Assembly: GCA_002269645.1 (NCBI GenBank)
Contig: NIVC01000986.1
Span: 124,001-188,000, forward strand
Origin: Macrostomum lignano
Taxonomy: Eukaryota
Direction of reading: 5' to 3'
DNA: 64,000 nt
Shown: positions 38,355 through 49,620 of the stretch, in pieces
Layout of the letters: the number at the start of each line of letters is the position of its first letter
Numbering within the stretch: position 1 is the stretch's first letter
The notes under the pieces: generated by a model
Databases searched by the model: none
Told to the model about the DNA's origin: nothing
The model's input: the letters and a program-made list of their open reading frames with translations, nothing else
Program-made: the position numbers and the translations under genes

Positions 38355-38715
38355 TGGTCTAGCCTTGACAAAGGCATTCAAAACTGTCTCTGAATTTTAA
38401 GGGGAGCTAACAAATAAGCAATTGCAGTGTCAACTGTTTAGCTTTTATTGGCCCCAGTCCATATACTAAAAATGTAAACTAAAGCCATATTTTAGTGAGA
38501 CAATGAAATAGTGTAATAAGTATGTACTCAAGGTGAATGGTGCTGCCTTGCTCAATATTCATCTATTAGCAAACTTCTTCATGCCCTGCTGGCTTCCATA
38601 AACAGCCTTCTTGCACTGAGCTTGCACTGGAGCCTCAGCTTCCTTCAGCCAGACAGGAAATTCGCCCAGCTCTACTCAACGTTGTGCGCCTAAACTGCTC
38701 AGCCAGTCAGCCAGA

Positions 38716-41141
38716 ATGACATCCCGGACAAACCTGCGCCAGCAGCTGCTCAAGCAGCAGCCCCAGCCAGCCACCTCCGCAGTGCAGAATCTCATTGTGA
38801 CCCGGGCCCCGGCCGCCTCCAGCCTGCAGAATGGCGGCCAGGCGGCCTGGCAGCAGCCGCAGTCCCGAGGCGGGGTGCTCACCATTGTGAAGCAGAGTCC
38901 GCAGGAGGAGACCTCGCCTCTGTCGCCGAATTCCACAACCTCGGTGTCGGATCCACAGAACGCTATGGAGGAGGTGGACATCGATTTCATTGACCCGACC
39001 TTCGGCCAGCTGTCTTCCACTGTTCCAGTGAGTCACTCTAGCGATTCACTAGCGAGTCCCTCTAGCAATTCACTCTAGCGAATCACAGCTTCGGCCCCAG
39101 TTCAGTATCGTCCCCCAGTCTCAGTGCTGGTAGTTCAGCATCCCCCCCAGTCTCAGTGCTGGTAGTTCAGCATCGCCCCCCCCCCCCCAGTCTCAGTGCT
39201 GGTAGTTCAGCATCGCCCCCCCCCCCCCAGTCTCAGTGCTGGTAGTTCAGCATCGCCCCCCCCCAGTCTCAGTGCTGGTAGCTCAGCATCCCCCCCAGTC
39301 TCAGTGCTGGTAGCTCAGCATCCCCCCCAGTCTCAGTGCTGGTAGCTCAGCATCCCCCCAGTCTCAGTGCTGGTAGCTCAGCATCCCCCCCCCCCAGTCT
39401 CAGTGCTGGTAGTTCAGCATCCCCCCCAGTCTCAGTGCTGGTAGTTCAGCATCCCCTCCAGTCTCAGTGCTGGCAGTTCAGCACCCCCCCAGTCTCAGTG
39501 CTGGCAGTTCAGCATCCCCCCAGTCTCAGTGCTGGCAGTTCAGCATCCCCAGACGCACCACTCGTCCCCGCACTCCAGACTCACAGCGGGCACCTGGCGG
39601 GCTTCGGCGCCCCTTCAGCGGACGACGGCGCTTCGACCGGCAGCTTCGGTTTGGGTGGAGGCGGCGGGGCCGGCGCCAGCGGTAGCAGCGGCGGCTTCAA
39701 GCCTTCAACGTCGGCACCGGCCAGCACGCAGCTGTTCCTGGCGATGAACCAGCAGCTGGGCGGAGCTGGCGGCGGCGCTGCCGCTGCCGGGGTTGTCGGC
39801 TTCAGCATTGGCGGCGGCCAGGCGGCGGATGACGACAAGACGGTCTCGCTGCGCGACCGCTACAAAAAGGAGTCGCACAATCGAATCGAGCGGAAGAGGC
39901 GCGAGAACATCAATTATCAGATTAGCGAGCTGGGCGAGTGCATCCCCAAGGCCTGGTTCAGGGAGAGGTGAGCAGCGGCCCCTTCACTTCGGCTTTCTTA
40001 CTATTGCTTTCCTTGTTGCTGCTGCTTTTGCTACACAGTCAAATCTCTCAGGAGTCTCCTCTGCCCTCTCAAATCACTGAGGAGTCTCCTCTGCCCTAGC
40101 AAATCACTGAGGAGTCTCCCTCTACCATAGCAAATCACTGAGGAGTCTCCCTCTACCATAGCAAATCACTGAAGAGTCTCCCTCTACCATAGCAAATCAC
40201 TGAGGAGTCTGTGGCTCCACCTGATTCCAATTTTTTTTGTTCCGTGTCTGTCAACAGCTAAAAATCCCCATTTGGTAGTTCTCAGCGTCCCGCAAGATAT
40301 GGAAATTGAAATGCAGACGGTTATACCGGGATTTTGCTCTGAATGGGATGGTGGTTCCTATTGTTTGATCTCAACGACAAAGCTTCCTGCCCGCAGTGAG
40401 CTGAAGAAGAACAAGGGCAACATACTGAAGGCCTCGGTGGATTACATCAAGGAGATGCAGGCTGCCAACGCGCAGCTGAAGGAGCGGCTGGCTGCCTGCT
40501 CACTGCGAGAGAGCAAGCTTGAGCAGCTGTACAAGGCGCTGGTGGCCAGGATCCAGGTGGGTGCCACCTTTGACAAGCGCTTTCACAGAAATTTCTCAGT
40601 GTCAGCCAGGCCCTCTTTTACATATATTTTAAGAAGTCTGAAGGAAGTTACCCAAACAGGTTCAATTTAAGGCTTCGGAAAAATGCTTTTGTGTCCTTCT
40701 TTGAAACGAAGATTTTCCTTATCTGCCTACCGTGAGTAGCGCAGACAGCATTTTTACCACTATAATTCCAACAAGCCCGCCTGTCTGCCCCGCCGACCGC
40801 AGGACATGGAGCGGGTCATGCGCGAGGCTGGCGTGCAGTACCGGGCCAACAGCTTCGATGAGGGCATCATCCGGGAGCTGCTGGGCTTCCTGGCTGACAG
40901 CGGCGCGTCCTCCGCCAGTGCGGCCGTCACCTCCGGCTCCGCTGCGCCAGTTGTCGTTGTCAAGACCGAGGATTTCGGCAGAATGTCGTCGTCCGCTGCC
41001 GTCTCGGCGATGCCGGACAGCGGCGGCGGGGCCAGCGATGACGTTGATGGGGACGCCTCCTGCGTTACAATGAGCGACCTGGACCCCATGTTTTCCGGCT
41101 GCGACGGCCCTAGCAGCCCCTTCTTTGTTGACCAAAGCTAG
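38716..41141 (+). CDS. mitf: MiT/TFE-family bHLH-ZIP transcription factor (MITF/TFEB-like)
   Basis: Exons 38716-39027, 39579-39967, 40397-40556 and 40803-41141 are phase-consistent. N-terminal SRTNLRQQLLKQQ (MiT N-terminal motif), basic region KKESHNRIERKRRENINYQISELG and family signature NKGNILKASVDYI plus a leucine zipper. The exon 2 acceptor is the least certain, and the specific ortholog is not resolved. Confidence 0.85.
39110..39552. repeat. About 30-bp minisatellite with variable poly-C in MiT/TFE intron 1
   Basis: (CAGTCTCAGTGCTGGTAGYTCAGCATCCCCCn) tandem units. Confidence 0.9.
40070..40210. repeat. About 31-bp tandem repeat in MiT/TFE intron 2
   Basis: AAATCACTGAGGAGTCTCCCTCTACCATAGC, about 5 copies. 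Confidence 0.85.
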
Positions 41142-41199
41142 CCGCTCCAGTTGAGTGTTGACCTAACAAAGTTATTGTCTTTTTTTGGTGATTTGTTGT

Positions 41200-42250
41200 C
41201 TTGAATCTGATGATTTTGTGGTCTTGAATCTGATGATTTTGTGGGCTTGAATCTGATGATTTTGTGGTCTTGGATCTGGTGATTTTGTGGTCTTGAATCT
41301 GATGATTTTGTGGTTTTGAATCTAATGATTTTGTGGTCTTGGATCTGATGATTTTGTGGTCTTGGATCTGATGATTTTGTGGTCTTGGATCTGATGATTT
41401 TGTGGTCTTGGATCTGATGATTTTGTGGTCTTGAATCTGATGATTTTGTGGGCTTGAATCTGATGATTTTGTGGGCTTGAATCTGATGATTTTGTGGTTT
41501 TGAATCTGGTGATTTTGTGGTCTTGAATCTGATGATTTTGTGGTTTTGAATCTGATGATTTTGTGGTTTTGAATCTGATGATTTTGTGGTTTGAATCTGA
41601 TGATTTTGTGGTTTTGAATCTGATGATTTTGTGGTTTGAATCTAATGATTTTGTGGTCTTGAATCTGGTGATTTTGTGGTTTGAATCTAATGATTTTGTG
41701 GTCTTGAATCTGATGATTTTGTGGTTTTGAATCTGATGATTTTGTGGTTTGAATCTGGTGATTTTGTGGTTTGAATCTGATGATTTTGTGGTTTTGAATC
41801 TGGTGATTTTGTGGTTTGAATCTGATGATTTTGTGGTTTTGAATCTGATGATTTTGTGGTCTTGGATCTGATGATTTTGTGGTCTTGAATCTGATGATTT
41901 TGTGGTTTTGAATCTAATGATTTTGTGGTCTTGGATCTGATGATTTTGTGGTTTTGAATCTGATGATTTTGTGGTCTTGAATCTAATGATTTTGTGGTCT
42001 TGGATCTGATGATTTTGTGGTCTTGAATCTGATGATTTTGTGGTTTTGAATCTAATGATTTTGTGGTCTTGGATCTGATGATTTTGTGGTCTTGGATCTG
42101 GTGATTTTGTGGTTTTGAATCTGGTGATTTTGTGGTTTGAATCTGATGATTTTGTGGTCTTGGATCTGATGATTTTGTGGTCTTGGATCTGATGATTTTG
42201 TGGTCTTGGATCTGGTGATTTTGTGGTTTTGAATCTGGTGATTTTGTGGT
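41200..42250. repeat. 22-23-bp minisatellite downstream of the MiT/TFE stop codon
   Basis: (GAATCTGATGATTTTGTGGTCTT)n; explains the spurious 349-aa minus-strand ORF. Confidence 0.93.
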
Positions 42251-42707
42251 CCTGAATGGTCAGTTCCGACTCTATACAAGACGGTCCGAACACAGCCGGG
42301 GCTCCAGAGTGCTGCTGTCCCGAGCCAGACAGGACTGTCCACTCGCAGTATTCCTTTCTCCCCTGCCTCACAGTCGCGCCTCTGCAATCTCCAATGGCGT
42401 GTAGAGAGTGACCTGCTGCGGCCCCAAACCCGCTCTCAATTCTGTAGATATTCTGTACAGAGAAGTCACTGTTTTCAACCTGTTTTCCTTGCTTTGCTGC
42501 ACGCAGAACCGCTATTTGATGTAATATATGATTTTGCTCTGGTTTATTGCAAGAAAGCTTTTTTCCCCTTCTACTTTCGACTTCTACTTTTAGTAGTTTG
42601 CCAGAATATTTTTCAGTCGAAAATAGCGGAATTGAAAGTATGTGGTGTCACGTTTGGATTAAAGTTTTTATTCTGTAAATTTTATTTTTGATTTGCTGGC
42701 GCCAATT

Positions 42708-43485
42708 CCCTGGGGGAAATCCGTGATTCCGCAGTTCGCAATCTGTGCACTTAGCCCTGGGAATTCCGTGATTCCGCAGTTCGCAATCTGTGCACTTAGC
42801 CCTGGGAATTCCTTGATTCCTCAGTTCGCAATCTAGGGTGCACTTAGCCCTGGGAATTCCTTGATTCCTCAGTTCGCAATCTGTGCACTTAGCCCTGGGA
42901 ATTCCTTGATTCCTCAGTTCGCAATCTGTGCACTTAGCCCTGGGAATTCCTTGATTCCTCAGTTCGCAATCTGTGCACTTAGCCCTGGGAATTCCTTGAT
43001 TCCTCAGTTCGCAATCTGTGCACTTAGCCCTGGGAATTCCTTGATTCCTCATTTCGCAATCTGTGCACTTAGCCCTGGGAATTCCGTGATCCCTCAGTTC
43101 GCAATCTGTGCACTTAGCCCTGGGAATTCCGTGATCCCTCAGTTCGCAATCTGTGCACTTAGCCCTGGGAATTCCTTGATTCCTCAGTTCGCAATCTGTG
43201 CACTTAGCCCTGGGAATTCCTTGATTCCTCAGTTCGCAATCTGTGCAATTAGCCCTGGGAATTCCTTGATTCCTCAGTTCGCAATCTGTGCACTTAGCCC
43301 TGGGAATTCCGTGATCCCTCAGTTCGCAATCTGTGCACTTAGCCCTGGGAATTCCTTGATTCATCAGTTCGCAATCTGTGCACTTAGCCCTGGGAATTCC
43401 TTGATTCCTCAGTTCGCAATCTGTGCACTTAGCCCTGGGAATTCCTTGATTCCTCAGTTCGCAATCTGCGCACTTAGCCCTGGGC
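42708..43485. repeat. 45-bp minisatellite (about 17 copies)
   Basis: (GGGAATTCCTTGATTCCTCAGTTCGCAATCTGTGCACTTAGCCCT)n; has a stop-free frame on each strand. Confidence 0.93.
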
Positions 43486-43784
43486 CGGATAAGTCTAAAC
43501 CATCAATGCCTACTCATTCTCGGTTTACTTTTCTAAATGCGGATTCAGTTTTAGCCTCATTTGTGTTGTGGATTTCGCAAAGCAAACTGATGCAGTCCTT
43601 CTCTATTTTGTGCTCAACCTCTGCTCTGTTCACCATCCTTTTGAGTTGTCTGTTGTCTTCTAGGAGCAACTGACAGAAAATGCGCCCCGCATGCCAACTG
43701 CCTCTGTACATTGCTGAGTCTCCTGTCTGCTCTGCTTTCGGCCGAACCTGCCCTGCTTCTGTTAACCGAGTTCCCTCACTCATG

Positions 43785-44165
43785 TCTGATCACCCTGACC
43801 CTCCCCACTCCCTGTCTGATCACCCCTGACCTTCCCCACTCCCTGTCTGATCACCCCTGACCCTCCCCACTCCCTGTCTGATCACCCCTGACCTTCCCCA
43901 CTCCCTGTCTGATCACCCTGACCCTCCCCACTCCCTGTCTGATCACCCTGACCCTCCCCACTCCCTGTCTGATCACCCTGACCCTGCCCACTCCCTGTCT
44001 GATCACCCTGACCCTGCCCACTCCCTGTCTGATCACCCTGACCCTGCCCACTCCCTGTCTGATCACCCTGACCCTGCCCACTCCCTGTCTGATCACCCTG
44101 ACCCTGCCCACTCCCTGTCTGATCACCCTGACCCTCCCTACTCCCTGTCTGATCACCCCTGTCTG
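43785..44165. repeat. 30-bp minisatellite
   Basis: (CCCTGACCCTSCCCACTCCCTGTCTGATCA)n, about 12 copies. Confidence 0.93.
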
Positions 44166-44598
44166 ATCTGATCAGCTCAGTAAGGCATAAAGTGAGTTGC
44201 CACCCATTACTCGGCTCGGAGTCTCATCCAATCGGCTTCAGGTGAAATAATTAATGGATGCTCGTATTCTCTTGATCGTTTTTGCTGGCTTTCCTGCGCC
44301 GTTTATTTGGGGACATGTTACCGCGCGGATGCCAGCTAACCTAAATATATTTGCTTCGATTTTGTACATAAAAACCCTGAATTTTTTCTGCTTTTGCAAG
44401 CCACTTCACTGAAGCCTCTCGTCTTCTTTATTCTTTATTTGTTTTGATTTTGGCGCAAAGCAGTTTAGAAGCCAGGCAAGATTGAGTGCAACTGGTGCAG
44501 CTCTGAGCCAATTTGCTCAACCGCGATTTCAGCTGCACGTCTGTCTCGGGCCTCGCTGCAGCACCCGCTAGCTGAACAGTCGGTCAGCCGAACCCCCG

Positions 44599-47500
44599 AT
44601 GCGCTCGGCTGGCTGGCTGATGCTGCTGCTGGGCTGCAGCTTCCAGCTGCTGTCCCTGCTCTGTCTGGCCCGCTGGCGGGAGCCGCCGCTCGCTGCCGCC
44701 GGGCCTCCCGGACTGCCTGGCGGGCCGGACGGGCCGCGGCTCACGCGCCGCCTGCTGCAGCTGCGCGGAGTCTTCGTGGAGCCTGCGGGAGACTCAGCCC
44801 TGTCCAGAGCCCTGACCTCCACCGGCCTGCCGAGCTCCGTTGATTTGCGGCTGGCCAAGGTGAGTCGCTGCTTGTTGCTGGATGCCACGATGCTGTGGAA
44901 TGTCACTGGATGCTGTGGGATGTCACTGGATGCTGTGGGATGTCATTGGATGCTGTTGGATGTCACTGGATGCTGTAGGGTGTCACTGGATGCTGTGGGA
45001 TGTCACTGGATGCTGTGAGATGCCACTGGATGCTGTGGAATGTCACTGAATGCTGTGGGATGTCACTGAATGCTGTGGGATGTCACTGGATGCTGTGAGT
45101 TTTGATGGTGACGACCCAAGCAACGAATGCAGCCTCGACCCGCCCATCGAACTCCCAGATTCCGCCCGTTGCCGGCAAGCGACGCGTTCTGACCGCGCAC
45201 TCTGGCGAGGAGCTTCGCCGCGAAGTGAACCTCGGCCTGCGCAGCATGTGGGCCGCCTATGCCACCTGGGCGGAAGTGCCGGAGTTCGAGCCCCGCCTGG
45301 CCGCCGCCCTAGAAGCGTTCGGCTGCCGCCTGGCGCTGCTGCCCTGCGCCACTGTGCCGGGCATGGCCGCCTACTGCACGGAGCGCGGGTTTCGCCGGGG
45401 CTGGGCGGGCCTGCTGGTCACCCACCCCGACTCCACCGGCCTGCAGGTTTGCTGCTGTTTCTGGACTCACTTTGCTGCAGCCAGGGACCCCTAGTGTGTT
45501 TGTGCAGCCAGGGACCACTAGTGTGTTTGTGCAGCCAGGGACCACTAGTGTGTTTGTGCAGCCAGGGACCACTAGTGTGTTTGTGCAGCCAGTGACCACT
45601 AGTGTGTTTGTGCAGCCAGGGACCACTAGTGTGTTTGTGCAGCCAGGGACCACTAATGTGTTTGTGCAGCCAGTGACCACTAGTGCGTTTGTGCAGCCAG
45701 TGACCACTAGTGTGTTTGTGCAGCCAGTGACCACTAGTGTGTTTGTGCAGGCAGGGACCACTAGTGTGTTTGTGCAGCCAGTGACCACTAGTGTGTTTGT
45801 GCAGGCAGGGACCACTAGTGTGTTTGTGCAGGCAGGGACCACTAGTGTGTTTGTGCAGCCAGTGACCACTAGTGTGTTTGTGCAGCCAGTGACCACTAGT
45901 GTGTTTGTGCAGCCAGTGACCACTAGTGTGTTTGTGCAGGCAGGGACCACTAGTGTGTTTGTGCAGGCAGGGACCACTAGTGTGTTTGTGCAGCCAGTGA
46001 CCACTAGTGTGTTTGTGCAGCCAGTGACCACTAGTGTGTTTGTGCAGCCAGTGACCACTAGTGTGTTTGTGCAGCCAGGGACCACTAGTGTGTTTGTGCA
46101 GCCAGGGACCACTAGTGTGTTTGTGCAGCCAGGGACCACTAGTGTGTTTGTGCAGCCAGGGACCGTTAGTTTCGCATTAGACAGACAAGAGTGGATCAAA
46201 AAAGCATCGGCTGCCCAAGGACTACTAAAGTAGATATATGTTACTTTAGTCGTCCTTGCGGCTGCCCTGCTCACCCGCAGGACGTGGCGGCCGCCTTCCG
46301 CCCCAGCGCGGACCCCTCCGTAGTGCTCGCCCGCCTGTCAACTCGCGTCTCCGGTCTCTTGGCCGCCTGGCCGCCATCAGGCCGCTCCACCGCTGCGGCT
46401 GCTGGCGAGTGCGGCCTGCTGGCCGAGCTGCCCGGCTGGCCACCGGCGCCGCCGCTGATGTTGGCGGCGCTCAGCGTTGAGTTCCAAGACCGGCTGCGTT
46501 TCTGGCACCGGCGGCTGAACGACAGCACCGGCTCGATGAGGCTGGTGTTGCTGACACCCGAGCGGCGCCTCTCGCTGGCGCCCGCCGACTGCGGCACCCC
46601 GGCCGCCTTGCGACTCCTGCTGGCCAGCGTCGCACCGGACGCCTGGCAGGCCGGCTTGGCCGCCGCCGCTCTGCTGAACTTTGGCCTCCTGCCGCTGCCG
46701 CTCCTGCTGCCGGGGACCGCGCTGCCTGCCCGGTGTCTTGCTGCCGTGCGAATGGCCGCGTGGTGAGCGCCTGGTTGCTATGGGGATGGCCCGCGGGTCG
46801 AGCGCATGGTTGCTATGGGGATGGCCGTGGGGTGAGTGCCTGGTTGCTATGGGGATGGTTATCTGGTGACCGCCTGGTTGCTAACGCCTGGAGGATGAGC
46901 GCCAGTTACTATGGGAGTGGCCGTGCAATGTGATTGGCTATGGAAATGGTCAGCTTGGGATGAGCTCATTGAGTTTTGCTAGTTGTGTACAGTCCGGCTC
47001 CAACCTACACCATTGCCAGGTGCAATCTGCTGCTTTTCGCCGGCGCCGGCGCCGTTCGCTTCTTCTTCAGCGCGGCCGGAGCCTCGCCAGCCGGCCTGGC
47101 GCTCGCCTCCGCGTGGCGCCACCTCGTCCTCAGCGACTTGGCGCTGCAAATCCGCGCCGACTGGCATCTGGGCGCCTACCCAGGTACCGGGCTGCTGGCG
47201 GCCGCCTGCCTGATCTGCGGCCTCTTCTGGTGGCACCGGCCGCTGCTGCTCGAGGACTCGGACGAACCGGCCGCAGGGGCGGCCGTGGAGGGCTTCGCAG
47301 GCGATGCGCGCCCGGTCTCACAGCTGGCCGCCTCGGTGTCGGGCGCGGCTCCCCTCGGCCAAGCCGCTGCCGGAGCTGCTTCGGCGCTGCCAGGCGAGGT
47401 GGCTCCCGGCCCGATCTTCGAAGCCTCCGATCTGGACGACAGCGATGTCGCCCTGGGTGCCAGCGGCGGCTCCGGCAGCGACGATGAGGAGGAGGACGAG

Positions 47501-47935
47501 GAGGCCGCCGCCGCCAGGGACGCCGAGGCCGCCCAGAGCCTGGAGCTGTTCATGGAGTCCTTGGCCATCCCGTCACTGTGGATCCCGCAGCGAGATCCCG
47601 AGCGCTGCCTCTCCCGCCTGCTGCAGTGGACCTGCCGCGTCACCCCGCCAGCTGCGCCCTCCGATTCCACCGCCACCGCCACTGCCGACACGGACGTCGA
47701 CGCAGCCGACTCGACTGGCGCCGGCGCAGACGACGGCTGGCCGAGCTCGGCGCTGCGGTCGAGCCACTGCTCCGTCTGTCTGGACAGATTCCGCCGCGGC
47801 CACCAGCTGGTTGGCCTGCTGTGCGGCCACGTCTTTCACCGGGGCTGCGCCGCCGGCTGGCTGGTGAGGCGCAGCACCTGCCCGGTCTGCCGGCGCTGCC
47901 CCTACCGCCTGCCCGCGCCCACCGCCTCCGCCTGA
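44599..47935 (+). CDS. RNF103: RNF103 (Kf-1)-like membrane RING-H2 E3 ubiquitin ligase
   Basis: Exons 44599-44859, 45159-45446, 46281-46762 and 47020-47935 are phase-consistent. N-terminal hydrophobic segment, LLQLRG, FGC...C...YC...RRGW and IRADW motifs recall RNF103; C-terminal RING-H2 CSVCLD...CGHVFHRGC...W...CPVC. Confidence 0.75.
44880..45097. repeat. 20-bp minisatellite in RNF103-like intron 1
   Basis: (GGATGCTGTGGGATGTCACT)n. Confidence 0.88.
45475..46165. repeat. 27-bp minisatellite in RNF103-like intron 2
   Basis: (TTTGTGCAGCCAGKGACCACTAGTGTG)n, about 25 copies; explains the GCTNTLVV and QPGTTSVFV ORFs. Confidence 0.95.
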
Positions 47936-48774
47936 TTTACGGCCGCTTAACCGGCTTTTGCGGAGTGTTTGATCTGCGATTCTGGTGTTCACAGGATCGA
48001 TGTAGATTAGCGATTTCCGGTTGTCAGATTAAAGCAGATTAACGAATTCCAGTTGTCAGATTAGAATTTCAATTTCGCATTGCGGTGAGCCAGACGTGCG
48101 GGTCATGCAGTGACTAAAGCCGCAGAACCCTTGCACTGCGAAAAAAAGTGCAGATTGCACAAATGCCGCCTCCCTGCGTCTTTCATTGGCAGTTGCGTGT
48201 GATTTCATGTGCAACAACTGACTGAACCATAAGTAGATCGGGTGCCTTTTTAGATTTGATATCTTTGCTGTATTGCACTACTTTTGATAGGTCGTTAGTA
48301 AGTAGTAACTAAGTAGTTTTGCTTGGCGCTGAAATTGTGTTAATAACAACCTATTAGGCCGTATTTTCTGAACTCGCCGGCTTCCCGCAGTTTTCTAAGC
48401 ACTTTGAAACACATTTTCTGTGTTTTCCATGCGAAATTTTGTTTCGTGTTCTGCTCGCTTATTGCGGCTGTTTTATTCCTGTCTGCTCTCGGGTGTTAAC
48501 TCTGATATTTGCCGCCATCTGGTATCGCATTTTCCTACTGAACTTTTCACAAATAAACTTCTTAATGATGTTAAAAAATGTTATAACGAGAATGTTTTCA
48601 CTGAAACGCTATTCAAACCAAGACGACTCAGCTTGCGTAAGAAGGTCCTGATTTTTCCTGTGCCTGATGGCGACTCCACCGACTGCATGACTACATAATA
48701 ATGATAATAATTGATTACACCTGCCCCAATTGTGCCAGATGTGCAACCGCCAGCTCAGCCGCAGCTATTGTGCT

Positions 48775-49180
48775 AATCACTCCTGATCCTCCTGAGAATC
48801 ACTCCTGATCCTCCCTGAGAATCACTCCTGATCCTCCCTGAGAATCACTCCTGATCCTCCCTGACAATCACTCCTGATCCTCCCTGAGCATCACTCCTGA
48901 TCCTCCCTGACAATCACTCCTGATCCTCCCTGAGCATCACTCCTGATCCTCCCTGACAATCACTCCTGATCCTCCCTGAGAATCACTCCTGATCCTCCCT
49001 GACAATCACTCCTGATCCTCCCTGAGCATCACTCCTGATCCTCCCTGACAATCACTCCTGATCCTCCCTGAGAATCACTCCTGATCCTCCCTGAGAATCA
49101 CTCCTCATCCTCCCTGACAATCACTCCTGATCCTCCCTTAGAATCACTCCTCATCCTCCCTGACAATCACTACTGATCTC
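48775..49180. repeat. 23-bp minisatellite
   Basis: (ATCACTCCTGATCCTCCCTGAGA)n. Confidence 0.92.
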
Positions 49181-49620
49181 AGGCGTCTAAAACTCATTCC
49201 TGATGTGCCTTCAATTTTTCAAAGCCTTTAAGTGTCTTCAAAGAAAGCCGGTGCAGGATGACCTGAACAACAGTAGTTTGTTTTGGACTTTCAGTTTAAT
49301 GACCTCAATCTGCTTGAAGATCAGTGTATTGTGAATGTGAAGCTGCAACATGCATTTTAGAACTAAAAACAGTATATTTCATTAAAGAAGGATGCAGTTG
49401 TTTCACAAATTCACAGCTTTGTTGTGCAATGTTTTTTACAAATAGAAATGACGGGCAGCTTCTGAGCTTTCAGTCGCAGCAAAACCCTGAGGGCTGCTCT
49501 TCTCCGCCAGCGCCCTGGTACAAAATCTGATACAGCGATGCCCCATTGAGCTGCTTGAGGTGGATTGTGCGTAGGACTGAGCCATCAGTTGTGGGCTGCT
49601 CAGCTGGTAATGTGGACTGC

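Noticed and set aside
41322-42387. 349-aa and 111-aa minus-strand ORFs
   Set aside because: Translations of a 22-23-bp minisatellite with no splice or homology support.
42368-42415. Possible minus-strand terminal exon VTLYTPLEIAEARL* linked to ORF 43514-43783
   Set aside because: Weak acceptor, no phase-consistent model and no recognisable protein.
45309-46274. 321-aa and 253-aa repeat ORFs
   Set aside because: They come from the 27-bp array inside RNF103-like intron 2.
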